Both the position numbers and the translations under genes were made by a program. A stretch of DNA of 64,000 bases from an uncultured Marinoscillum sp. (lineage in GTDB: Bacteria; Bacteroidota; Bacteroidia; Cytophagales; MED-G16), in NCBI GenBank assembly GCA_964467915.1, contig CAYXSW010000001.1, positions 70,597 through 134,596 on the forward strand, read 5' to 3'. The notes below the pieces were generated by a model. That model saw only the letters and a list, made by a program, of their open reading frames with translations. It ran no database searches and had not been told where the DNA came from. Shown here piece by piece: positions 45,354 through 54,261 of this stretch; the stretch's first letter is position 1, and the number at the start of each line of letters is the position of its first letter.

Positions 45354-46296
45354 TTTCAGAAAATAATCTTAAATCATCAATTCCATATTTCAACATAGCT
45401 ATTCTCTCAATTCCCATGCCAAAAGCAAATCCAGAATATTCTTTAGGGTCAATCCCACAATTCTTTAGCACATTAGGGTCAACAAGTCCTGAACCTAAAA
45501 TTTCTAACCAGCCATCTTTCCATGATATATCCATCTCAGCGCTAGGCTCAGTGAAAGGAAAATAGGAAGGTCTAAAACGGACCTTAGTTTCTTCACCAAA
45601 CATTTCCTTAGCAAAGTAATATAAGGTGTCTTTAAGGTCCCTGAAACTTACATTTTTATCTACGTATAACCCTTCAACTTGGTGAAAGAAGCAATGTGAT
45701 TTAGCAGATACTGTTTCATTTCTATAAACTCTTCCTGGAATAATTACTCTCATTGGTGGTTTCTCTTTTTCCATTAGTCGAATCTGAACATTTGAGGTGT
45801 GAGTTCTAAGCACAACATCAGGATTTTTAGATATAAAGAATGTGTCTTGCATCTCTCTTGCTGGATGATTTTCTGGAAAGTTAAGAGCTGTAAAATTATA
45901 CCAGTCTTCTTCTATCTCTGGACCATCTTCTATGCTAAAACCAATATCTCTAAATATTTTAGTTATTTTATTTCTAATTATTCTTATCGGATGGAGAGAA
46001 CCTACTGTGTCATCCTCTGCTGGTAAGGTATAGTCTATTGAATTATTTTTTGAATTTTCTTTCTTTGACGAATTAGCAAATGAAGAAAGCGTCTCTTTTG
46101 CTGCAGTCTTTAATTTATTGAGTGTTTGGCCATATTTCTTTTTATCTTCTACAGGGAGTTTTTTGAACTCTTCAAACAAGTCATTTATAATACTTTTTTT
46201 ACTTATATATTTTACCCTAAAAGCTTCTATATCTTCATCAGATATTCCAGAAAACCCATTTATATCAGCCTTAATTTTTTCTATTTTTTCTAACAT
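45313..46296 (-). CDS. pheS: Phenylalanine--tRNA ligase alpha subunit
   Basis: HPARDMQDTF-like HPAREMQDTFF, LRTHTS, and class II motifs FRPSYFPFTEPS and GFAFGMGIERIAM. Start placed at ATG 46296 (the track's 46323 is a GTG extension). Confidence 0.95.
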   Translation of the reverse strand: MLEKIEKIKADINGFSGISDEDIEAFRVKYISKKSIINDLFEEFKKLPVEDKKKYGQTLNKLKTAAKETLSSFANSSKKENSKNNSIDYTLPAEDDTVGSLHPIRIIRNKITKIFRDIGFSIEDGPEIEEDWYNFTALNFPENHPAREMQDTFFISKNPDVVLRTHTSNVQIRLMEKEKPPMRVIIPGRVYRNETVSAKSHCFFHQVEGLYVDKNVSFRDLKDTLYYFAKEMFGEETKVRFRPSYFPFTEPSAEMDISWKDGWLEILGSGLVDPNVLKNCGIDPKEYSGFAFGMGIERIAMLKYGIDDLRLFSENDKRFLKQFRGVH

Positions 46297-46302
46297 GAAT
46301 AT

Positions 46303-46310
46303 CAAATATA
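46303..46310 (-). promoter_or_regulatory. Candidate -7 promoter box TATATTTG (minus strand) 6 nt upstream of the pheS ATG
   Basis: The reverse complement of 46303-46310 (caaatata) is TATATTTG, an exact TAnnTTTG match. Confidence 0.3.
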
Positions 46311-46356
46311 CATGACTAAACACTCTATTTCAAGGAAAAAGACATATTACAACTTG

Positions 46357-47127
46357 TTATGCTTTTATAATAAAATATGGATTAAGTAAATTCTCTTTGT
46401 TGTAAGAGAGTTCTCTGCCTGTCTCTAAATTTATAACACTAATATCTAAAGCGTTTAGTATAGAGTGTGCTGCGGCGGTATCCCACTCCATTGTCGGACC
46501 AAACCTTGGGTAAATATCAGCCTTATTATCTGCTATATATAAAAACTTTAAGGAACTCCCGCAAGAGATAAGTTCAGGTTTTGTCAGTTTATTTACATAA
46601 TCAGAAGTTTCTTCACTCATATGAGACCTTGAAACCACAACCCTTAGCCCCTCTTCGTTTTCATTCACAGGCACCCTTCTTTTTAACTCAAGTTGATTTC
46701 CCCCCTCTTTTTTAAAGACTTTTTTTTTATGATCATTCCAATAAAGTATCTTTTTTACAGGGCAATAAACTACTCCTAGGTGTGGTTTGTTGTTTTTGAT
46801 TAGAGCAATATTAACAGTAAACTCCCCGTTTTTTTTTATGAATTCTTTAGTCCCGTCTAAGGGATCAATAAGCCAATACTCCTCCCAGTTTTTTCGTTCA
46901 TGATACTCTATACTTTTACTTTCTTCACTTATAATATTAATATTGGTATCTCTTAGAAAATCAATTATTGTGTTATGAGATTTTTTGTCAGCTACAGTTA
47001 GGGGCGAATCGTCTGCTTTTTTTTCGTAGTTTATTGACTCAGTAGTATTATATACCTCCATTATTTTCTCTCCAGCATTTACAGCAGCACTTAATGCTAA
47101 TTCTAACTCTTCTGAATATCTTGACAT
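46357..47127 (-). CDS. cysQ: 3'(2'),5'-bisphosphate nucleotidase CysQ (inositol monophosphatase family)
   Basis: SPLTVADK and WLIDPLDGTKEF motifs, and a WDTAAAH C-terminal motif. Confidence 0.85.
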   Translation of the reverse strand: MSRYSEELELALSAAVNAGEKIMEVYNTTESINYEKKADDSPLTVADKKSHNTIIDFLRDTNINIISEESKSIEYHERKNWEEYWLIDPLDGTKEFIKKNGEFTVNIALIKNNKPHLGVVYCPVKKILYWNDHKKKVFKKEGGNQLELKRRVPVNENEEGLRVVVSRSHMSEETSDYVNKLTKPELISCGSSLKFLYIADNKADIYPRFGPTMEWDTAAAHSILNALDISVINLETGRELSYNKENLLNPYFIIKA

Positions 47128-47723
47128 TATTTAATTTTGCTTTTTATAGCAGTATAAACTTTTTCAACTGATTGGTTGATAGTCTCTTTTTCTGTATCAA
47201 CAATTAAACTGGGCGATTTAGGGATTTCATAAGGTGAATCAATCCCGGTAAAATTTTTAATTTCACCCATTCTTGCTTTCTTATATAATCCTTTAACATC
47301 TCTTTCTTCACATTTTTCTACAGAACATTCAACGTGGACAAGAAAATAATTGTCTTTTTTGACCAAACTTTTAGCGAGCTCCCTCTCTTCATCAAAAGGA
47401 GAGATAAATGCTGTTATAACAATTAACCCAGCATCTAACATTAACCTTGAAACCTCTGATATTCTCCTGATATTTTCTTTTCTGCCATCATCTGAAAATC
47501 CCAAGTCTTTATTCAGCCCAATTCTTATGTTGTCCCCATCAAGTAGGTAGGAAAGAAACCCGTTTTCGTAAAGTTTTTTTTCAAGACCATTTGCAATTGT
47601 TGATTTTCCTGATCCAGAAAGACCTGAAAGCCAAATTAATATGGGTTTTTGATTGATGAGTTTTCGTCTCAGTTTGGCGTCAACAAAATGTTTATGAGGA
47701 AATAAATTTTTTGATGTATCCAT
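47127..47723 (-). CDS. cysC: Adenylyl-sulfate (APS) kinase
   Basis: LSGLSGSGKSTIA, LDGDNIR and FISPF motifs. Confidence 0.95.
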   Translation of the reverse strand: MDTSKNLFPHKHFVDAKLRRKLINQKPILIWLSGLSGSGKSTIANGLEKKLYENGFLSYLLDGDNIRIGLNKDLGFSDDGRKENIRRISEVSRLMLDAGLIVITAFISPFDEERELAKSLVKKDNYFLVHVECSVEKCEERDVKGLYKKARMGEIKNFTGIDSPYEIPKSPSLIVDTEKETINQSVEKVYTAIKSKIK

Positions 47724-47738
47724 TTGGTGTTATAATGT

Positions 47739-47746
47739 TAATTTTG
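47739..47746 (+). promoter_or_regulatory. Candidate -7 promoter box TAATTTTG 7 nt upstream of the ccmB ATG
   Basis: Exact TAnnTTTG match in the 30-nt divergent spacer between cysC and ccmB. Confidence 0.35.
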
Positions 47747-47753
47747 CTCAGCA

Positions 47754-48416
47754 ATGATAAATAAAATATTATATATTTTATACAAAGATTTTAAAATTGA
47801 GATGAGTCAAAGTCATCTTCTTTTTTCTGTGACTTTATATGTTGTGTCTTCTATATATATAGTATATATATCTTTTCAGCCAGTAGGAATTTTAAATTCA
47901 GAGCACTGGGTATCAATTTTTTGGATAATTGTTCTTTTTAGCTCTATATCTTCAGTCTCAAAAAGCTTTTTTCAAGAATCCGAAAACAGAAATTATTATT
48001 ACTATTATGTACTGAGTCCAGACGAACTTATATTTTCTAAGCTAATTTATAATTTCATTTTTATTTTATTTGTATCCTTTCTTACCTTTGGTTTATTCAC
48101 ATTTTTGCTTGGCAATTATATTATATCATTACCGTTCTTTTTTTGCCTCTTATTTATTGGAGCTCTTAGTATATCTAACTGTTTAACTCTAATTGCAGCT
48201 ATAGCTCATCAGGTAAAAAATAATTCTGCTCTTATAAGTATCTTGAGCTTTCCTGTTATTATACCTATATTTTTGCTGTTAATTAAGTTAAGCAAAATTT
48301 CCTCCTCAGAATTCTCTTGGATTCTTGTTCAAAATGACATCTATCTTTTAATTTTGCTTAATATAATATTAGTATCTCTCACTAAAGTTCTGTTTGGCTT
48401 TTTATGGAGAAATTAA
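47754..48416 (+). CDS. ccmB: Heme exporter membrane protein CcmB (by context and topology)
   Basis: 220 aa, about 6 TM helices, immediately upstream of and overlapping ccmC. The sequence itself is poorly diagnostic. Confidence 0.6.
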   Translation: MINKILYILYKDFKIEMSQSHLLFSVTLYVVSSIYIVYISFQPVGILNSEHWVSIFWIIVLFSSISSVSKSFFQESENRNYYYYYVLSPDELIFSKLIYNFIFILFVSFLTFGLFTFLLGNYIISLPFFFCLLFIGALSISNCLTLIAAIAHQVKNNSALISILSFPVIIPIFLLLIKLSKISSSEFSWILVQNDIYLLILLNIILVSLTKVLFGFLWRN

Positions 48417-49066
48417 ATATGAGAATAGTAAAGACACTTTGCATAACACTTTTGCTTTATACTGCTATGGCGGGGATACTTTTTGATGTCCCTCTATTAC
48501 CAATTCTTAATGAGACAATTAGAGTGCTTTATTTTCATGTCCCAATGTGGTTTACAATGATTTTTCTACTTTTTCTTTCATCTATAAACGCATATAGGTT
48601 TATTAATACAGGAGATTTATCTTATGATTTAAAATCGTATAATTATTCTAAGGTTGGTGTTTTTTTTGGTGTTTTAGGTATTATTTCAGGAATGATTTGG
48701 GCTAAATATACTTGGGGTACTTACTGGACAAATGACCCTAAACTAAATGGGTCTGCGATTGGTTTGCTTATATATTTTAGTTATTTTGTATTAAGAAACT
48801 CAATAGAAGATGAATCAAAGAAAGGTAAAATATCTTCGGTTTATAACGTTCTGTCCTTTTCGATGCTTATCCCCTTAATTTTTATTCTGCCAAGGTTGAC
48901 TGATTCGTTGCACCCTGGAAATGGCGGTAACCCAGGATTTAATGTATATGATCTAAACTCCCAGCTTAGAATAGTGTTTTATCCAGCCGTTATTGGATTT
49001 ATTTTGCTTGGTATTTGGATTGCTGATTTAAGACTTAGAGTTTTAAAATTAAAGAACAAGTTATGA
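48404..49066 (+). CDS. ccmC: Heme exporter / heme-handling protein CcmC
   Basis: WWD-type motif WGTYWTNDPKLNGS in a polytopic protein with conserved His-containing loops. An alternative start is ATG 48419. Confidence 0.85.
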   Translation: MEKLNMRIVKTLCITLLLYTAMAGILFDVPLLPILNETIRVLYFHVPMWFTMIFLLFLSSINAYRFINTGDLSYDLKSYNYSKVGVFFGVLGIISGMIWAKYTWGTYWTNDPKLNGSAIGLLIYFSYFVLRNSIEDESKKGKISSVYNVLSFSMLIPLIFILPRLTDSLHPGNGGNPGFNVYDLNSQLRIVFYPAVIGFILLGIWIADLRLRVLKLKNKL

Positions 49067-49242
49067 TTAATTATATATTTAGTTTGATTTTATTTTTACA
49101 AGACGTTACAATGGCTGATATCCTTAGGAGCGAAGGTAAAATTTATGTCGTTGTGTTAATTTTTTTAATTATTATTTCAGGTCTATTTTTATATTTATTT
49201 AGATTAGAAAGAAAGATAGACTCTATGGAGAAAGAAAAATGA
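49063..49242 (+). CDS. CcmD-like small membrane protein (59 aa; below the ORF-track cut-off)
   Basis: Hand translation gives MINYIFSLILFLQDVTMADILRSEGKIYVVVLIFLIIISGLFLYLFRLERKIDSMEKEK. It has ATGA overlaps with both the ccmC stop and the ccmE start, and a single TM helix followed by a charged tail, like the alternative CcmD family found between ccmC and ccmE in Bacteroidota. Confidence 0.6.
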   Translation: MINYIFSLILFLQDVTMADILRSEGKIYVVVLIFLIIISGLFLYLFRLERKIDSMEKEK

Positions 49243-49643
49243 AAAACTCAAACGTGATCTTTATTGTGTTCATTAGCGTAGCCATTATCATTATTATTTC
49301 AACTTTTGGTGACGCAAGCACATACGTAACTTTTAATAAGGCAAAGGATATGTATGAGTCAGGAAGTATGACTAAGTTTCACGTTGTTGGGAAATTAAAT
49401 AAAGATAAAAACAACCAAATATCAGGTGTATCGACAAGTGAAGATATGCTTACATTCTCATTTGAGATGATTGATGAAGAAGGGAAAAAAGAAAATGTAT
49501 TCTATGGAGAACCGATGCCATCAGACTTTTTACTTTCAGAACAGATAGTCGTAATTGGTGGTTACGAAAATAATAATTTTGTCGCAAATGAGATATTATT
49601 AAAGTGTCCGTCTAAATATACTGAGGAGGATATAAAAATATAA
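49239..49643 (+). CDS. ccmE: Cytochrome c maturation heme chaperone CcmE, Cys-type (CxxxY) variant
   Basis: N-terminal anchor plus OB-fold. The C-terminal ...ILLKCPSKYTEE has Cys where canonical CcmE has the heme-binding His of the HDENY motif. Confidence 0.85.
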   Translation: MKNSNVIFIVFISVAIIIIISTFGDASTYVTFNKAKDMYESGSMTKFHVVGKLNKDKNNQISGVSTSEDMLTFSFEMIDEEGKKENVFYGEPMPSDFLLSEQIVVIGGYENNNFVANEILLKCPSKYTEEDIKI

Positions 49644-49647
49644 TACC

Positions 49648-52131
49648 ATGTTTACCACAGGCAACATTGGCCACCTATTAGTTTTATCTTCTTTTGTTTT
49701 TTCTTTTGTTTTTCTCATTAGCTATTTAATATCTGAAAAGTCTAGAGATAAATTTTTATGGATAAAATTTGGCAGAGTTAGTTTCTTACTGCACTCCTTT
49801 TTCCTAATTAGCGTGATATTGACTTTATATTATATTATAATATCTGATGACTTCAGATACTATTATGTTTTTCAACATTCCTCATCCCTACTACCAATCT
49901 ACTACAAGATTTCTTCATTTTGGGAAGGTCAGGAAGGTTCTTTTTTGTTATGGATGTTTTGGAATGTAATTATAGGAATATATTTTGTCTTGAAACCAAA
50001 TTCTAAATGGAATACTTCTTTTATGATTGTTTTGGGTTTTACCCAATTTCTTCTTTCGTCTATGATATTAGGCGTTGTAATCTATGATTTAAAGATTGGG
50101 AGCTCTCCTTTTATACTTTTGAGAGAGGCAATCTCTGCTCCAATTTTTCAGTTAGATCCAAATTATATACCTGATGACGGCTCAGGTCTTAATCCCCTAT
50201 TACAGAATTATTGGATGGTTATTCACCCTCCGACTCTTTTTTTAGGGTTTGCTATTTGCATAGTCCCCTTTTCGTTTGCTGTTTCTTCACTTCGTCTTAG
50301 GGATTATAAAGCGTGGATAGATCCCGCTAAAAAATGGCTTATTGTTTCTATAATTGTATTAGGAGTAGGTATTATGATGGGTGCCTATTGGGCGTATGAG
50401 ACTTTAAATTTTGGTGGTTATTGGAATTGGGATCCTGTAGAAAATGCGGTTTATGTTCCTTGGTTGTTTTTAGTAGCCTCCCTTCATTCTATAATTTTAA
50501 CTAAAAAAAACAAACAACACTATAAGATGTCATTGATATTATCTTTGACAAGCTTTATACTTATACTTTACTCCACATTTTTGACTAGAAGCGGCATCCT
50601 TGGAGATAGTTCTGTTCATTCTTTTACGGATTTGGGCTTAAGTGGACAACTTCTTATTTACCTGTTCTCTTTTATGCTTATAAGTGTTTATTTACTTTTA
50701 ATTAGATGGAAAGAAATTCCTTACTCTGATCAAGAAGCTAAAGCTTATACGGCGGATTTTTGGTTATTTATAGGGGTGTATACTTTAATATTAATGTCTT
50801 TTCAAGTAATATTTCCTACTTCTATACCGGTATATAATGCTATTGTAGAGGTGTTTGGTGGTTTTTCAAATTTAGCACCTCCAATTGAGAAAGAACTTTT
50901 TTATTCTAATGCACAAATTTGGTTTGCTTCTTGTCTGGCTATATTTTCATCAGTGGCTCAGGTCTTATGGTGGAGGGGTAAACAAACTAAAGAAAAATTT
51001 GCTTTATTTTCAAAATCTCTTGTTTTTACCATGATAACTTCTAGCCTCATTATATTATTTTATCCGATAACAATACCGTCTTATATGGTACTAATTACCG
51101 CCTCGTTATTTTCTATATTTTCAAATGGTAGTGTATTAATATTCTTCTTAATGAAAAAAGATCTGTTGTCTTCTGGCTCAATAGCTCATATAGGCTTAGC
51201 TATTATGCTTATAGGAATTTTGTTTTCATCAGGTTACTCTTCTATACAATCAAATAATTATACCGGACTTGTTTGGAATAGTGATTTCCCTGATGAGGTT
51301 AACAATAACAATATGCTATTATTTTTACATGAAGAAAGGAGAGTTGGCGGGTTTGATGTTAATTATCTTGGGCAAAGAAAAAAAATTAAAGGTAATAGTG
51401 AGTATGTCAACTCAAATTATTTAGATTATTTGCCATTGTCTAATGTGCATACTTTAAAAAAGGAGATGTCTATAGGCGGAAAGTTTTATAAAGAAAATGA
51501 TACAGTAGTGGTTGATAACAATGATATAACTTATTTTGAGCTTAAATTTGAGGACGAGTCTTCATCATTTAATTTATATCCTAAAGTTCAAACCGACCCT
51601 AATTCAGATATGATTGTGTTCTCTCCTGACATACAAAATAACATTCTAGAAGATTTTTATGTTCATGTTAGAACATATCCTGACCCTGAGCAGGAGACTG
51701 TCTGGTCCGGAAGAGATTCAGTCTCAGTTGCTCTAAAAGAAACCTTTTTTCTCAATGACTTTATATCTTCAATAGATAAGGTGATAACTAAAAATGAAAA
51801 CAATGATAGAAATCAATTTATAGCTGAAGCTCACATAAAAATATTGTCGGAAGGCCAGGAATATATAGCTAGACCAGCGTTTTTAATTGATAATAATAAG
51901 GTTGGTTTAATACCAGACATAGTGGAGGATTTAGGTGTCAAGGTATACTTATCATCAATATTACCTAAAGAAGAAAAGTTTACAATTTCATTTGAGACAA
52001 CTCAAAAAAATTGGATTATTATAGAAGCCATGAAAAAACCACTTATAAATCTTATGTGGTTAGGGTTTTTTATTATGATTTTTGGGTTATCATTATCATT
52101 TTTTAAAAGAAATATTAAAGTATCATTATGA
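49648..52131 (+). CDS. ccmF: Cytochrome c-type biogenesis protein CcmF
   Basis: 827 aa, polytopic. WWD motif GGYWNWDPVENAVYVPWL and a C-terminal periplasmic CcmF_C-like region ending in a TM helix. Confidence 0.9.
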   Translation: MFTTGNIGHLLVLSSFVFSFVFLISYLISEKSRDKFLWIKFGRVSFLLHSFFLISVILTLYYIIISDDFRYYYVFQHSSSLLPIYYKISSFWEGQEGSFLLWMFWNVIIGIYFVLKPNSKWNTSFMIVLGFTQFLLSSMILGVVIYDLKIGSSPFILLREAISAPIFQLDPNYIPDDGSGLNPLLQNYWMVIHPPTLFLGFAICIVPFSFAVSSLRLRDYKAWIDPAKKWLIVSIIVLGVGIMMGAYWAYETLNFGGYWNWDPVENAVYVPWLFLVASLHSIILTKKNKQHYKMSLILSLTSFILILYSTFLTRSGILGDSSVHSFTDLGLSGQLLIYLFSFMLISVYLLLIRWKEIPYSDQEAKAYTADFWLFIGVYTLILMSFQVIFPTSIPVYNAIVEVFGGFSNLAPPIEKELFYSNAQIWFASCLAIFSSVAQVLWWRGKQTKEKFALFSKSLVFTMITSSLIILFYPITIPSYMVLITASLFSIFSNGSVLIFFLMKKDLLSSGSIAHIGLAIMLIGILFSSGYSSIQSNNYTGLVWNSDFPDEVNNNNMLLFLHEERRVGGFDVNYLGQRKKIKGNSEYVNSNYLDYLPLSNVHTLKKEMSIGGKFYKENDTVVVDNNDITYFELKFEDESSSFNLYPKVQTDPNSDMIVFSPDIQNNILEDFYVHVRTYPDPEQETVWSGRDSVSVALKETFFLNDFISSIDKVITKNENNDRNQFIAEAHIKILSEGQEYIARPAFLIDNNKVGLIPDIVEDLGVKVYLSSILPKEEKFTISFETTQKNWIIIEAMKKPLINLMWLGFFIMIFGLSLSFFKRNIKVSL

Positions 52132-52697
52132 ATACATTAGCTCTATTTGCTTCAGGGAGTGGATCAAACGTTGAAAATATATATAATTATTTTAAGGGCA
52201 GTGATAATATTAAAGTGGGGCTTGTTTTAACAGATAATAAAAATGCATATGTTTTAGAGAGAGCAAAAAAATTAAATATTCCTCACATATATTTTAATTA
52301 TAAAAAAACTTCTTCGGATAATATTTTAAAGGTCTTGTTTAGTCACAATATTACCTATATAGTTTTGGGTGGATATTTAAGGTTGATTCCAAAAAAAATT
52401 ATAAAAAGTTTTAATAATAAAATATTAAATATTCATCCATCTTTGTTGCCCAAATTTGGGGGTAAAGGATATTATGGAGATTTTGTTCATAAGAGCGTAT
52501 TAATGAATAACGAAAAGAAATCAGGTGTAACAATACACTTGGTTAATGAGGAGTATGATAAAGGAAAAATTTTGTTTCAAAAGTCTATCTCTATTTTAGC
52601 TGAAGATTCTATAGAGACTTTAAGCTCAAGGATTCATAAGCTAGAATACAAATTTTTCCCCCAAATAATTGAAAAGTATATATTAAATAAATTATAA
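52128..52697 (+). CDS. purN: Phosphoribosylglycinamide formyltransferase
   Basis: FASGSGSN, NIHPSLLPKFGG and HLVNEEYDKG motifs. Confidence 0.9.
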   Translation: MNTLALFASGSGSNVENIYNYFKGSDNIKVGLVLTDNKNAYVLERAKKLNIPHIYFNYKKTSSDNILKVLFSHNITYIVLGGYLRLIPKKIIKSFNNKILNIHPSLLPKFGGKGYYGDFVHKSVLMNNEKKSGVTIHLVNEEYDKGKILFQKSISILAEDSIETLSSRIHKLEYKFFPQIIEKYILNKL

Positions 52698-52700
52698 TAT

Positions 52701-52708
52701 TACTTTTG
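52701..52708 (+). promoter_or_regulatory. Candidate -7 promoter box TACTTTTG 3 nt upstream of the purH ATG
   Basis: Exact TAnnTTTG match inside the 14-nt purN/purH spacer. Confidence 0.3.
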
Positions 52709-52711
52709 TGG

Positions 52712-54202
52712 ATGAAAAAAATTAATTCTGCTTTAATTTCAGTTTTTAGTAAAGATGGTATTGATGAGTTATGCAAAGAATTACACAGAAATGGGATTAA
52801 TATAATTTCCACAGGAGGTACCCAAAATCACATTGAAGGCTTAAATATTCCTGTAATTCCTGTAGAATCTCTCACCGATTATCCTTCAATACTTGGAGGT
52901 AGAGTTAAAACCCTTCATCCAAAGGTTTTTGGTTCAATACTTTCTAGGTCTAACAACAAATCTGACTTAGTTGATGAAAAAACACATAATTTATCAAAAA
53001 TTGATCTTGTGGTGGTAGATCTTTACCCTTTCCAGAATACTGTTGAATCAACTAATGATGAATCTGAAATAATTGAAAAAATAGATATTGGAGGAGTCTC
53101 TTTGGTTAGGGCAGCCGCAAAAAACTTTATAGATGTAGTAACTATCTCCTCAAAAACTCAATATAAAGAAGTCCTAGAATATCTTTCTCAAAATAAATTT
53201 GAAACTGAGTTAAAATTCAGAAAAAAGTTAGCCTTCCAAGCATTTTCTAATATTTCAACATATGATATTGAAATTGAAGAGTTTTTTGGTAGAAGCGTTG
53301 GGGTTTATAAAGAGTTGAGATACGGTGAAAACCCACATCAATCTGCTATTTTTAAAGGTGATATAGATGCAATATTTGATAAATTAAACGGCAAAGAACT
53401 TTCTTATAATAATTTACTTGATGTTGATTCAGCGTTAAGATTAATATCAGAATTTAGTTCTCCAACTTTTGCTATTTTAAAACACAATAATGCTTGTGGC
53501 ATTTCATCTTCATCCGATGTATCAACATCTTACACCGAGGCGCTTGAGGCTGACCCGCTATCTGCTTTTGGAGGCGTTTTGATTACAAATAAGACAATTG
53601 ATAAAGATACTGCTGAAAAAATGAATTCATTATTTTTTGAAATCATTATTGCTCCAGAATATACTGATGATGCTGTTTCAATTTTGAGATCTAAAAAGAA
53701 CAGAATAATATTAGTACAAAAAACACAAGTACAAAAAACGTTTACTTTTAGAAGTATATTAAATGGTTCGCTAAAACAAGAATCAGATAATATTCAGAAT
53801 TTATCTCAAAATTGGGAATCGGTCACCAAAACTAGATGTAATAAAAAACAGTTAAGAGATTTAGAGTTTGCAAATAAAATTGTTAAACACTCCAAATCTA
53901 ATGCAATTGTTTTAGTTAAAGATCAGCAGATGCTTTCAAGTGGGGTTGGTCAAACTTCTAGAATTGACGCTCTCAAGTTTGCTATTGAGAAAGCTAAAAC
54001 TTTTAATTTTGACCTTTCTAATAGCGTTATGGCTTCGGATGCCTTTTTCCCTTTTCCTGATTGTATAGAAATTGCTTCGGAAGCTGGAATTAGTGCAGTT
54101 GTTCAGCCGGGAGGGTCAATAAAAGATGACCTTTCTATAAATGCTTGCGATGAAAGAAAAATTGCTATGTATTTATCTGGGGTAAGACATTTTTATCATT
54201 AG
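52712..54202 (+). CDS. purH: Bifunctional AICAR transformylase / IMP cyclohydrolase
   Basis: ALISVFSKDG, STGGT, GGRVKTLHPK and YGENPHQ motifs, and a C-terminal VQPGGSIKD. Start placed at ATG 52712. Confidence 0.95.
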   Translation: MKKINSALISVFSKDGIDELCKELHRNGINIISTGGTQNHIEGLNIPVIPVESLTDYPSILGGRVKTLHPKVFGSILSRSNNKSDLVDEKTHNLSKIDLVVVDLYPFQNTVESTNDESEIIEKIDIGGVSLVRAAAKNFIDVVTISSKTQYKEVLEYLSQNKFETELKFRKKLAFQAFSNISTYDIEIEEFFGRSVGVYKELRYGENPHQSAIFKGDIDAIFDKLNGKELSYNNLLDVDSALRLISEFSSPTFAILKHNNACGISSSSDVSTSYTEALEADPLSAFGGVLITNKTIDKDTAEKMNSLFFEIIIAPEYTDDAVSILRSKKNRIILVQKTQVQKTFTFRSILNGSLKQESDNIQNLSQNWESVTKTRCNKKQLRDLEFANKIVKHSKSNAIVLVKDQQMLSSGVGQTSRIDALKFAIEKAKTFNFDLSNSVMASDAFFPFPDCIEIASEAGISAVVQPGGSIKDDLSINACDERKIAMYLSGVRHFYH

Positions 54203-54225
54203 TAAAACTATAACATATATTTTCT

Positions 54226-54233
54226 TACTTTTG
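54226..54233 (+). promoter_or_regulatory. Candidate -7 promoter box TACTTTTG upstream of mreB
   Basis: Exact TAnnTTTG match 28 nt upstream of the mreB ATG, in the 59-nt gap. Confidence 0.35.
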
Positions 54234-54261
54234 TAGGTGTAAACCAATTAACAAAATACAT

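Noticed and set aside
52128-52131. An ATGA overlap joins ccmF (cytochrome maturation) to purN (purine synthesis). It might indicate a functional link.
   Set aside because: Mixed-function operons with 4-nt overlaps are pervasive in this window, for example rng-gldB-nth, tpiA-giant ORF and PorZ-like-recO. This is more parsimoniously explained by genome compaction than by shared function.
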